Shown: positions 44,979 to 54,101 of the stretch, piece by piece | Numbering within the stretch: position 1 is the first letter of the stretch | How the letters are laid out: each line of letters begins with the position of its first letter | Assembly: GCA_003045995.1 (NCBI GenBank) | Contig: PZPG01000008.1 | Span: forward strand, 3,649 to 67,648 | DNA from: Bacteroidota bacterium | Lineage (GTDB): Bacteria > Bacteroidota > Rhodothermia > Balneolales > Balneolaceae | Direction: 5' to 3' | Length of the DNA: 64,000 nt | The notes under the pieces: model-generated | What the model was told of the DNA's origin: nothing | Database searches by the model: none | Seen by the model: the letters and a program-made list of their open reading frames with translations, nothing else | Program-made: the position numbers and the translations under genes

Positions 44979-46157
44979 TCATCCATAAAAAAATGTATTT
45001 GTGATACAATGAATTCCACCTTGGCCAAAAACCAGGTCTTTGCACGGCACAGGGCAGATCTTACGCCCGGGAAACCATTTACCAAATCGCTCAATCACTT
45101 CATCATCCTGTGAATCTCCAAAAATCGGGAGCAAAACAACTCCGTTTGCAATATAAAAATTCAGATAACTGGCAGGAAAAAATTCAGACCCGTCCACCGT
45201 ATTTTGCTCATATCCGATCCTTGGTACAGGGACAGTTTCAATCCTGAAATACCTGCCTTTCGTATCTTTAGCCGCTTTAAGGATCTGAAGATTTTCATTA
45301 AGAACCTCATAATTCGGATCCTCCGGGTCATCACAAATACCTGTAATAATTGTATCTTTAGATACAAAACGCGTTATATCATCCACATGCCCATCCGTAT
45401 CATCCCCCGCTATCCCCCCTTTTAACCAGATGATCGTCTCCACACCCAGTGCCTTTCGAAGCATATCCTCAATTTCGCTCTTGTTCAGATGTGGATTCCG
45501 ATTGGAGTTCAACAACACTGATTCCGTCGTAATCAATGTACCAGCACCATTGCACTCCACTGATCCTCCTTCCAGAATCTCAGGGTATTGGAAGGTTTCA
45601 AGCTTGATTGAAGCTTCCCGATTCAACACATTTACCAAGGTTTGTGCTACTGCCTGGTCCGAATCCCATGGCGGGTATTTACCTCCCCAAGCATTGTATC
45701 CCCATAAGGTCCAGTATCCCGAGTTTGGTTTGATACGATTCGCCTCAGGAAATCCTTGTGAACATTGCACCGTTATAGGGCCATAATCACGGATCCAGCA
45801 GTCGTTCGTAGGTAGTACCTGATATGTGATTGAATGGGACCTAGAGCCGTCCAATGAACTGGTCAAAGAACCATTCAGTGAACTGGCTAGAGAACTAGAG
45901 CCATCCGCAATCTCTCCCAGTTCGTTTCTTAACTGTGCGATTAACCGTTGTTTCATCTCATCATTCAAAACCAGAAGGATCACATCCTCGTGAGGAAGAA
46001 GCGCCTTCAACAGATCAGTATATGTGCGCTCCACCTTCTCAAGCTGTTCTCCCGGCCACGTATGTTTGTTATGAGGCCAGGCTAGCAGGGTCGCGCGGTG
46101 TGGTTCCCACTCGGCCAACATTCGAATTGATGGCATACTCATGGTTATGTTATGCAA
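44979..46157 (-). CDS. aguA: agmatine deiminase (PAD_porph family)
   Basis: RMLAEWEPH...LLAWPH N-terminus, CWIRDYGP, EGGS...NG.GT, DGHVDD, and a C-terminal GGIHCITN catalytic Cys motif. The start could be 46157, 46142 or 46136. Ser/Leu-rich repeat insertion (SSLASSLNGSLTSSLDGS). Confidence 0.9.
   Translation of the reverse strand: MHNITMSMPSIRMLAEWEPHRATLLAWPHNKHTWPGEQLEKVERTYTDLLKALLPHEDVILLVLNDEMKQRLIAQLRNELGEIADGSSSLASSLNGSLTSSLDGSRSHSITYQVLPTNDCWIRDYGPITVQCSQGFPEANRIKPNSGYWTLWGYNAWGGKYPPWDSDQAVAQTLVNVLNREASIKLETFQYPEILEGGSVECNGAGTLITTESVLLNSNRNPHLNKSEIEDMLRKALGVETIIWLKGGIAGDDTDGHVDDITRFVSKDTIITGICDDPEDPNYEVLNENLQILKAAKDTKGRYFRIETVPVPRIGYEQNTVDGSEFFPASYLNFYIANGVVLLPIFGDSQDDEVIERFGKWFPGRKICPVPCKDLVFGQGGIHCITNTFFYG
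45838..45905. repeat. imperfect ~24-nt (2-3 copy) repeat in frame in aguA
   Basis: The minus strand reads ggctctagttctctagcc / agttcactgaatggttctttgacc / agttcattggacggctctagg (GSSSLA SSLNGSLT SSLDGSR). Confidence 0.6.
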
Positions 46158-46167
46158 TTTGACTAAA

Positions 46168-48789
46168 TCACTTAATCAAAATCATTTTTTTGGTTTGATG
46201 AATGCCTTTTTCGGTTTGCAACGTGTAGAGGTATACCCCAGAGGCCAGTCCCGATCCATCGAAAGGCACTTCATGCAATCCGGATGTGAATGGCTCTTTT
46301 TCCGCAACTTCAGCAACACGTCTGCCGGTAAGATCCGTAACAAAAAGATTGACCTGCTGAGGTACATCCAACTCGAACCGAAGGGTCGTCGAGGGGTTGA
46401 AAGGATTCGGATAGTTTTGCAACAGTGAAACCGAGGCGGGAATTTCAGCCTGCTGCTCCGAGGAAACCAGAGTGCGTGTAAAATCGAAACGAGTCCACAC
46501 GGGAGCATGATCGGAGGTGGTAGATATGTAGCTACCGATGTAGCTTGGATTTTCGACCCGCTCAGCCCCATCAATATGGTCCTCAATTAGATCGTTGGTT
46601 ACGGTGATATGATCGATCATTGAAGGACTCAATGAGGATATGTAAGAGGCAAAACCTCGCTCCTCCAGAGACAGACTGATGGGGAAGTAGTGGTCATCCA
46701 TTACAAAATTTTCGTAGGGAGACGGATTTTCGTCAAAGGTAGAGGTCGTGAGGAAGTCATTATAATCCCCGAGAAAAAGCACATTGTCATCAATGCGGAA
46801 ATTGTCGAGATAGAGTTTCATGCGAAGGGATGCAAGGACTCTATCCTGATAGGAAGCGGCATCCCCAAATGCTTTAGCATGTACGTTATAAGCGTAGATG
46901 TGACGGGTTACCCCATTCACCGAGGCATTAAACTCGAAAAAAAGCGGAAATCGGTTTGCCCAATCTTCCCCAACCTGATTGGTCGTGAGGAGGCCACTGT
47001 CGAGGAGCTGAACCACATCATTCCGATAAATGTACGCCGTATTTTGTGACTGGGAAGAGTAGTTGGCCCAAAACCCACTGAACCCTTCCAAAGAGTCCAC
47101 AAGTTGATTAAATAAAGACAAATTCGCAATCTCCTGAAGTGCATATAAGTCTGCGTCGATGGTTTGAATAACCTCCAGCACATTTTCCATTTGACGCTGA
47201 TCGTCGGACGGTCCGTTCCCGCTGTCACCAAACCATTCGATGTTCCAGGTAACGACATCGAAGGTGAGATCTTTCGGAATATCCTCGCCAATGATGACAA
47301 TGGGGTCGGCGGATAGATCATCAAGATCGCGGGGTTTAAGCTGATAGGTTCCAAAAAACTGGTCAATCACTCCAACAATGTTTGTAGGCCCTGACGGTGC
47401 CGTTGCGTTTACCAACTCCGTAGAATTGTCGATGCGAATCACTCCAAGGCCGCTTTGATCCGAGATGTTGTAGTTGGTGTTCCCCTGGAATGCGCCGGAA
47501 TGCAATATGGTGACGTCTGAAATTTGCACAAGCTGACTTTCGAACCCGCCATCATTCATACCCTGAACCGTAATGTTTACTGGGCTGACAAGAACCGGAG
47601 GCGTGTCTACCACAGTAAAACTGATGTCGTCATCCCCTTCGTGTTCTGCAATTTGAATGAGGAATCCACCCGGACCCGCTGTGGTAGGATTGAACTCAGT
47701 GATCGGTCCTGTAACCACAACTGAGTCTCCCCGCTCCACAGCCGTATGCATAGGCGGGTAGTAGACGGCGATTCCGGCGGTTTGATCCTGAATAAACACG
47801 GGCCCTTCAAATTCATTGGCAACACTTACTCGTCCGGCAACCGTTACCCGGGTTCCGAAATCTAGTTCGCGAGCGATGGCAATCGGGGTTACCGAGTCTT
47901 CAGATAGGGACGATCCTGACAGGGTAACAGAAAATTCTTCCGTGTTTGGGTCGTTGGTGGTGAAAATCAATTCATCACTGAAATCTCCCTCCTGCTGGGG
48001 TGAAAAGCGAAGTGTGAGGGTTCGCTCCTCTCTGGAAGCGTACGTGCCAATCACCCCGGAATCGAATGCAAACTCCTGTTCGTTGAGTAAAATCAGGTCG
48101 CTGATGATCAGATCGGCCTGTCCATTGTTCCGAACCGTGAGCTCGAGTACTTTTTCTGCGCCAACAGAGGTTGCAGGAAATGCCAGCGTGCTACTCTCTT
48201 CAACAGGATCATTACCTAGCTTGAGCAGAAATACCGGATCCGGACTCAATTCGGAGTAGGGTTCGATGTACACATCATCTACATTCATACGCTGACCGCC
48301 AGTGGTAAGAAACCGAAATCGAATATTTCCGGGCTGTTCGATAATGTAATTGAACTGTTGCAAGTCGGCCGGGACTGTGATTTCATCCACATCAACCCAT
48401 GAAGAACCGCTGGTGATCGAGTATTGAATGAGTAGCTGGGCGGTGGCAGCCTGATCTCCGGAAAATTTGGACTTGCCAGCGTAAAACGACAATTCATTCG
48501 CGCCTTCGGTGTAATCGAAGTTCATCTGAAGAAACCCCTGATTGGTCCGGTTATCGAGTCGAACCGACTTGGATCCGTTTTTTTGGTCGTTTCCCTCTGT
48601 ACCGATGAGTGCATAGCCTAAGAACCAGGGGCCGGACGGTAGTGTTTCCAAGGCTGGTGAATAACTGCTTTTGGTTCCCTCTTCAAAATCTTCTAGTAGC
48701 TGAGCCTGGCTTTCATGGGTGATAAATGCGAAGGGTAACGTGAACAAAATCAGAATTGAAAACAGAAATCTGGAAATCTTTTTTTTCAT
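46168..48789 (-). CDS. T9SS-secreted extracellular nuclease (endonuclease/exonuclease/phosphatase domain, ExeM/NucH-like architecture)
   Basis: Signal peptide MKKKISRFLFSILILFTLPFAFITHESQA. OB-fold-like VTVAGRVSVANEFEGPVFIQDQTAGIAVY. EEP motifs VVTWNIEWFG, DLYALQEI, GDYND, SDHAP. Canonical T9SS CTD YPNPFNPSTTLRFEL...VNLFVTDLTGRRV...GVYLYTL...MILIK. Confidence 0.82.
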   Translation of the reverse strand: MKKKISRFLFSILILFTLPFAFITHESQAQLLEDFEEGTKSSYSPALETLPSGPWFLGYALIGTEGNDQKNGSKSVRLDNRTNQGFLQMNFDYTEGANELSFYAGKSKFSGDQAATAQLLIQYSITSGSSWVDVDEITVPADLQQFNYIIEQPGNIRFRFLTTGGQRMNVDDVYIEPYSELSPDPVFLLKLGNDPVEESSTLAFPATSVGAEKVLELTVRNNGQADLIISDLILLNEQEFAFDSGVIGTYASREERTLTLRFSPQQEGDFSDELIFTTNDPNTEEFSVTLSGSSLSEDSVTPIAIARELDFGTRVTVAGRVSVANEFEGPVFIQDQTAGIAVYYPPMHTAVERGDSVVVTGPITEFNPTTAGPGGFLIQIAEHEGDDDISFTVVDTPPVLVSPVNITVQGMNDGGFESQLVQISDVTILHSGAFQGNTNYNISDQSGLGVIRIDNSTELVNATAPSGPTNIVGVIDQFFGTYQLKPRDLDDLSADPIVIIGEDIPKDLTFDVVTWNIEWFGDSGNGPSDDQRQMENVLEVIQTIDADLYALQEIANLSLFNQLVDSLEGFSGFWANYSSQSQNTAYIYRNDVVQLLDSGLLTTNQVGEDWANRFPLFFEFNASVNGVTRHIYAYNVHAKAFGDAASYQDRVLASLRMKLYLDNFRIDDNVLFLGDYNDFLTTSTFDENPSPYENFVMDDHYFPISLSLEERGFASYISSLSPSMIDHITVTNDLIEDHIDGAERVENPSYIGSYISTTSDHAPVWTRFDFTRTLVSSEQQAEIPASVSLLQNYPNPFNPSTTLRFELDVPQQVNLFVTDLTGRRVAEVAEKEPFTSGLHEVPFDGSGLASGVYLYTLQTEKGIHQTKKMILIK

Positions 48790-48800
48790 GGGAGATGAGG

Positions 48801-48862
48801 GATTGATTACTTCTGGGGGTTTTACTTCTGGGGGTTTTACTTCTGGGGGATTTGATTACTTC
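48801..48862. repeat. about 3.5 x 15-nt tandem repeat in the divergent nuclease/tdk intergenic region
   Basis: tacttctgggggttt / tacttctgggggttt / tacttctgggggatt, flanked by partial copies gattgat and tgattacttcg. It starts 19 nt upstream of the nuclease ATG. Confidence 0.93.
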
Positions 48863-48987
48863 GTATAATGCACTGCTGAAGCATACTTCTGCAAAACTTT
48901 GAAAATACGAATTATGCAGCAAATTCCTCGTTTCCTTTTAGTGATAGTCGTTCTATATTCGAGTGGCTTGAAAATGGAGATGAGATC

Positions 48988-49644
48988 ATGATGAATGAAC
49001 CCTGGAATATGCCGGATCACGTTGGCTGGATCGAAGTGATTTGCGGCGGAATGTTTAGTGGAAAGACGGAGGAGTTGATCCGCCGGGCCAAGCGCTCCTT
49101 TATTGCCGGACAATCGGTGGTGATTGTCAAACCCGCTGTAGATAACCGATACAGCGATACGGATGTTGTCTCACACGATTCCTCCGTGATGCCCGGAATT
49201 ACTGTTGATACGGCTGATCAGATTATCCTGCTCACTTCCGGTGCCCGTGTAGTTTGTATCGACGAAGCCCAGTTTTTTGATGATCGTCTGGTGGATGTGG
49301 TTAATACCTTAGCTAATGATGGCAAACGTGTGATCATTGCCGGTTTGGATATGGATTTTGAGGGAAAACCATTTTATCCCATGCCCGATCTTCTGGCCAT
49401 TGCAGAGTATGTTACAAAATTGCATGCGGTATGTGCAGAAAGCGGGACGATGGCAAACTTTTCCCAGAGAGTAGTGGATAACAGCGACCAAGTTCTGGTT
49501 GGTGAAAAGGATTCATACGAGCCAAGAGCACGACACTGTTTTCGGCCTCCCTCCGATCGCAAGAGGGGAAAACCCATGCCGGATCTGAATGGTAGAACCA
49601 TGCGGAATTCCCAGGAATCTATATCTGCAGATAGCAATAGCTAG
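48988..49644 (+). CDS. tdk: thymidine kinase
   Basis: P-loop [23 protein letters not shown], and the C-terminal zinc-ribbon region [10 protein letters not shown]...CF. Alternative ATG starts at 48991 and 49009 are possible. Confidence 0.94.
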   Translation: MMNEPWNMPDHVGWIEVICGGMFSGKTEELIRRAKRSFIAGQSVVIVKPAVDNRYSDTDVVSHDSSVMPGITVDTADQIILLTSGARVVCIDEAQFFDDRLVDVVNTLANDGKRVIIAGLDMDFEGKPFYPMPDLLAIAEYVTKLHAVCAESGTMANFSQRVVDNSDQVLVGEKDSYEPRARHCFRPPSDRKRGKPMPDLNGRTMRNSQESISADSNS

Positions 49645-49684
49645 GACAATAAACCCAAATAGACGAACCAACGGAGATTTTTTC

Positions 49685-51019
49685 ATGGATATCATTCGCG
49701 GAATCATTGGCATGGCTGTTATAATTGGCGTAGCCATGTTGTTTAGTAAGAATCGGAAAGCCATTCCGTGGAAAATGGTTGGAGTAGGCCTCGGCATCCA
49801 ATTTACTCTGGCAGTGTTTATTCTAAAAGGTGCTATGCTGGAACAATATTGGTCTCCTCTTGGTTACCCGAAACTTCTTTTCAGTTGGATCTCCTCCTTT
49901 TTTGTAATTGTGCTGGATTTCACAACGGCAGGTGCTCAATTTATTTTTGGGGATCTTGCCAAGAGCCCAGGAACAGACGGAAGCCTTGGAAACTTTTTTG
50001 CTTTTCAGGTATTGCCAACCATCATCTTCTTTGCGTCTCTCACCTCGCTTATGTACCACTATGGCATCCTGCAAAAAATTGTTAGTCTGATGTCTAGGGG
50101 AATGCAGCGTTTGATGGGTACCTCCGGTGCCGAGTCGCTATCGGTAGTTGCTAATATTTTTGTGGGTCAAACCGAGTCACCTTTGGTCATCAAACCGTAC
50201 ATAGACAGAATGACCAAATCGGAATTGCTGGCCGTCATGACCGGTGGCATGGCAACCATAGCGGGTGGAGTAATGGCTGCCTATGTACAGATGCTCGGTA
50301 ACTCCTATGCATTAGCCAACGGGGTTTCCCTGGATGTGGGTCGTTTGCTTTTTGCCGAGCAGTTGTTGGGCGCATCCCTGATGGCTGCTCCAGCAGCACT
50401 TGTAATTGCCAAAATCATTTTCCCAGAGACAGACACGCCAGCCACCAAAGGTGAAGTAAAGATTGAGGTTGAAAAAGCCGATGCAAACGGGATCGATGCT
50501 GCGGCGTCCGGTGCAGGTTTGGGCTTGAAACTTGCACTGAATGTGGGTGCCATGCTCCTTGCATTCATCGCATTGCTTGCCATGTTGAATTACGCCCTGA
50601 GCTATGTAGGGGATGTGACCGGGCTGAACGCGGTTTTACCGGAAGGATTTACTTTAACCATAGAAACACTGCTTGGATGGACGTTAGCACCTATTGCGTT
50701 CGCCGTTGGGGTGCCCTGGTCGGATGCCGTACAGATGGGATCTCTACTTGGCACAAAAGTGGTTTTGAATGAATTTGTTGCGTATTTGCAGTTATCCGAT
50801 CTGGTCTCTCAGGGAGTTTTAAGTGCAAAGACAATGACGATGGCCACATTTGCGTTATGTGGCTTTGCGAACTTTTCATCCATTGCCATACAGATTGGAG
50901 GGATCGGGGGCCTTGCTCCTACACGGAAATCGGAACTTGCACAGTTTGGGCTTCTCGCGGTATTGGCCGGGTCGTTGGCAAATTTGATGACAGCCACAAT
51001 TGCAGGGCTACTGTTCTGA
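49685..51019 (+). CDS. nupC: concentrative nucleoside transporter (NupC/CNT family)
   Basis: Start moved to the ATG at 49685 ([20 protein letters not shown]), because the longer ORF overlaps tdk. CNT motifs [42 protein letters not shown]. Confidence 0.9.
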   Translation: MDIIRGIIGMAVIIGVAMLFSKNRKAIPWKMVGVGLGIQFTLAVFILKGAMLEQYWSPLGYPKLLFSWISSFFVIVLDFTTAGAQFIFGDLAKSPGTDGSLGNFFAFQVLPTIIFFASLTSLMYHYGILQKIVSLMSRGMQRLMGTSGAESLSVVANIFVGQTESPLVIKPYIDRMTKSELLAVMTGGMATIAGGVMAAYVQMLGNSYALANGVSLDVGRLLFAEQLLGASLMAAPAALVIAKIIFPETDTPATKGEVKIEVEKADANGIDAAASGAGLGLKLALNVGAMLLAFIALLAMLNYALSYVGDVTGLNAVLPEGFTLTIETLLGWTLAPIAFAVGVPWSDAVQMGSLLGTKVVLNEFVAYLQLSDLVSQGVLSAKTMTMATFALCGFANFSSIAIQIGGIGGLAPTRKSELAQFGLLAVLAGSLANLMTATIAGLLF

Positions 51020-51125
51020 TTGTAGCAGCTGGGGTTATGGATGCATTTCCATCAACCCGAATGAAACATGTTATATGAAGTGCAAAGAAATACAAAAACC
51101 TTAACGTAACTAAGAATTCACTGTT

Positions 51126-53177
51126 ATGCCGATACTAGATCATTTTTTACATGATACTGGAAAACGAAATCGAAAATTGACTACTTACGGATTGCCAGTC
51201 TCTGGATTGCCAGTCGCTGGATTGGTTGTTGCCGGTTTTTTTGTGGCTGGGTTGATAGGATGGGTACCATCGCTCGCAGCACAGGATATGGGAGGTCAAT
51301 CAGAAAGCGGAGAAATTGTCAATGGGGTCGTGCTGAGTGAGAGCGAGTCTGGATTGGTGGTTGCTGAAATTGATGATGAGGCAGTAACCCTTGGAGAGTT
51401 GTCATCCTATTATATGAGAAACAGTGTGGAGGAGCAGGTAGATGCGGTTGATTTGAGGGAGTTTTTGCCACTTTATACCGATTATAAATTGAAACTCCGG
51501 TATGGACTGGATAACGGCCTGGACGAAGAGAGTTCGCTGTTGGAGGAGTTTGAACAGTATGCCAGACAGGCCTCCTACTCTTACTGGCTCGAACAGGAAG
51601 TGAAGGATCAGCTGTTCGAAAACTATAAAATGCGAAGTATGGAGGAGCGAAAGGCCTTTCACCTTTTGCAAAGACTACAGCCAGGTGCATCGCCTGCAGA
51701 TGAACTGGAAGCCAGAAATAAGCTTATGGAAGCCAAATCTCGCATAGAAGATGGAGAAGCGATTGAAGATCTGGATGCGGAGTATTCCACGCAGGTTCGC
51801 GGACGCTCGGCAGGAGGGCAATTACCGTGGTTCTCGGCCGGAAACACCGTAAAGGAATTTGAGGATGCTTTGTACAGCCTGGAGCCGGGAGAAATTTCGG
51901 AGCCAATTCGAAGCCAGTTTGGTTTCCATTTGATCAAACTTCAAGATGTTCGTGAAAAAATGCCGGAAAGACTGACCAGGCATATCTATTTTCAGCCTGG
52001 TGATTCGGCAAAAATACGGGCTGAAGAAGCCTGGCAGGCATTAGAGGATGGCCGAACCTGGGAAGAGGTTGCTAAAAACTACACTCAAGATGGCGGCTCC
52101 AGAGCACGGGATGGTTTGATTGGGTGGATCCACCACGGATTGCAATATTCCGAACCTTTTCTGGAGCAAGTCTACGCGGCAGATCCAGACCTTCCCTACA
52201 CCAGCCCCGTGGAAACAAATTATGGATTTCATATTCTGCGAATCGACTCGGTAAAAGTATATACGAGTGAGGAGCAGCGGGATCAGGATCTACGACAAAA
52301 ACTGGAGAACGTACCTGGGTATGGGGAAGACAAGGACAATGTACTGCAGCTGATCGCGTCCCGAGGAGGCTGGAGTGTCGATGAGGATGTATATGGAGAG
52401 GTTGCTCTTTCTGTTTTGGACGTAGACTCATTGAAGATTGAAGACTGGACGCTAGAGGGGGCTGCCATGGGGAGAATCCTTGCCAACTTTAACAGCACAT
52501 CATACACTGCGGAGGATTTTGCCACGTGGCTGATTGCGGAATACGGCGATATAACGGGCCATCAGTTTCGGAGAAGATACCTGGAGGAGTACAGAGATTC
52601 GATTCTGGAGAGTCATCTCATTGAAATGACCCGGCAATATTTTCCGGAGTTCGACAGTGAAGTCCGGAACTACCTCCACGGGTTGATTGTCTTTCGTGTG
52701 AGTGATGATCACATCTGGAATCCGGCTACAATCGATTCTACAGATTTGAAGGCATTTCATGCTGGGCGTGAGGAAGATTATGTACTATCTGAACGATATG
52801 ATTATCTGTTGATGGCATCTGTTTCCGACAGTATTCTAACGGAGGCGATGCGATTGTATGATGAGGGGCTGGACGTGGAGGAGGTCCGGGAGCGTGTGCC
52901 GGAGATTCAGGTTTCGGACCGCATCACCGATTATCTGGAAGAACCACCAACCTCGTATCTGAAGGATTTGAAAAAGGGGGAACGTTCGGAATCCTTTGAA
53001 TACCGCTCCCGAACAGCGTTTATCGCTCTGAAGGATATTTTGCCATCCCGGTTGATGACATTTGAAGAGGCGTTCAACCGTCTAGCCAATGATTACCAAC
53101 CCGTGCGGGAAGAGCAGTTCAGAGACTATTTGCAGAATCGCTATGCCGTCCGGACCTATCCCGAGCGAATTCAGTAG
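51126..53177 (+). CDS. membrane-anchored/secreted peptidyl-prolyl isomerase with two parvulin (PpiC) domains
   Basis: Parvulin signatures SQFGFHLIKL and TNYGFHILRI, with SurA-like helical N- and C-regions. The N-terminal hydrophobic anchor is encoded by a 15-nt tandem repeat. Confidence 0.82.
   Translation: MPILDHFLHDTGKRNRKLTTYGLPVSGLPVAGLVVAGFFVAGLIGWVPSLAAQDMGGQSESGEIVNGVVLSESESGLVVAEIDDEAVTLGELSSYYMRNSVEEQVDAVDLREFLPLYTDYKLKLRYGLDNGLDEESSLLEEFEQYARQASYSYWLEQEVKDQLFENYKMRSMEERKAFHLLQRLQPGASPADELEARNKLMEAKSRIEDGEAIEDLDAEYSTQVRGRSAGGQLPWFSAGNTVKEFEDALYSLEPGEISEPIRSQFGFHLIKLQDVREKMPERLTRHIYFQPGDSAKIRAEEAWQALEDGRTWEEVAKNYTQDGGSRARDGLIGWIHHGLQYSEPFLEQVYAADPDLPYTSPVETNYGFHILRIDSVKVYTSEEQRDQDLRQKLENVPGYGEDKDNVLQLIASRGGWSVDEDVYGEVALSVLDVDSLKIEDWTLEGAAMGRILANFNSTSYTAEDFATWLIAEYGDITGHQFRRRYLEEYRDSILESHLIEMTRQYFPEFDSEVRNYLHGLIVFRVSDDHIWNPATIDSTDLKAFHAGREEDYVLSERYDYLLMASVSDSILTEAMRLYDEGLDVEEVRERVPEIQVSDRITDYLEEPPTSYLKDLKKGERSESFEYRSRTAFIALKDILPSRLMTFEEAFNRLANDYQPVREEQFRDYLQNRYAVRTYPERIQ
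51189..51263. repeat. 5 x 15-nt tandem repeat encoding the hydrophobic N-terminal anchor (GLPVS GLPVA GLVVA GFFVA GLIGW)
   Basis: ggattgccagtctct / ggattgccagtcgct / ggattggttgttgcc / ggtttttttgtggct / gggttgataggatgg. Confidence 0.9.
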
Positions 53178-54101
53178 ATGAGTATGAGGACCGCCTCCAT
53201 TTCGGATTCCATATCTCCTATTGTTCACAAGTGGATGCTGGTTTGCACTCTTTTACCTGCACTGTTGTTGAGTTGTACAAAAGAAACCATAGATGCAGAG
53301 ATTCCGGTTGTAGCAGAGATTGGAGGGGAGCAGCTCACCTTGGAGGATGCTCTCGACAAAATCCCACCCGCCTTGTTAAATGCCGATTCAGCCAGAGCGA
53401 TTTCACAGTTCGCAGACCAATGGACTGCTGAGCGACTTTGGCTACGGGAAGCAGTACGCATAGGACTGCATGAGGATCCCGAGTTCCTGGATCGGGCTGA
53501 ACGAGCAAGAGAACAGTTACTGATCCAGTATCTGCAAGAGACCGTATTACGTGAAAATGCAGCAGAGCTTACTGTTGAAAAAGAGGATGCGCAGGTCTAC
53601 TATCAGGAGCACAAGGATAAATTCATTCTAAATGAGAAGTTTTTAAAAATTTGGATGATCTCCACGCAAACACGGGCGGATGCAGTACGGGCACGTGAGG
53701 AGTTGATGCGCGGAATTCCCAGGGAAAAGGTCTACGAAAAATATCACGTGGATTCTGGTTCACAATCATATCATGGTGAACTGTTTCACCCGCTTAGCTG
53801 GCTCCTTAACGATCTTCCATTTATGAAGACGTACCTCGAAAACATGGGTCGAAATGAACTTTCGCCGGTTTTATCGTTTCAGGGCAAATATCATTTTATT
53901 CAGATCATGGATGAAAAAACAACCGATGAAACTCCCGATCTGGAGTGGTTAATTGAAACACTGCAAGGCATGTTACAACGGGAGAATTCGGCGAAAATAT
54001 TGAACAGTTTTATTCGTAGTTTATCACTACGGGCAGAATCCAACCTTGAGATAAACCGTATGTCGGAGGATCAAATCCGAACGATTCTTAACGAAAAATG
54101 A
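53178..54101 (+). CDS. SurA-N-like chaperone lipoprotein with degenerate parvulin-like domain
   Basis: Lipobox-like LLPALLLSC. SurA_N-like VAEIGGEQLTLEDAL. A parvulin-like remnant GKYHFIQIMD. It starts one nt after the upstream stop. Confidence 0.5.
   Translation: MSMRTASISDSISPIVHKWMLVCTLLPALLLSCTKETIDAEIPVVAEIGGEQLTLEDALDKIPPALLNADSARAISQFADQWTAERLWLREAVRIGLHEDPEFLDRAERAREQLLIQYLQETVLRENAAELTVEKEDAQVYYQEHKDKFILNEKFLKIWMISTQTRADAVRAREELMRGIPREKVYEKYHVDSGSQSYHGELFHPLSWLLNDLPFMKTYLENMGRNELSPVLSFQGKYHFIQIMDEKTTDETPDLEWLIETLQGMLQRENSAKILNSFIRSLSLRAESNLEINRMSEDQIRTILNEK

Noticed and set aside
49589-49684. The N-terminal 32 codons of ORF 49589-51019 as part of the nucleoside transporter.
   Set aside because: These codons overlap the tdk 3' end and are not hydrophobic. 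The CNT-like first helix begins at the ATG at 49685.
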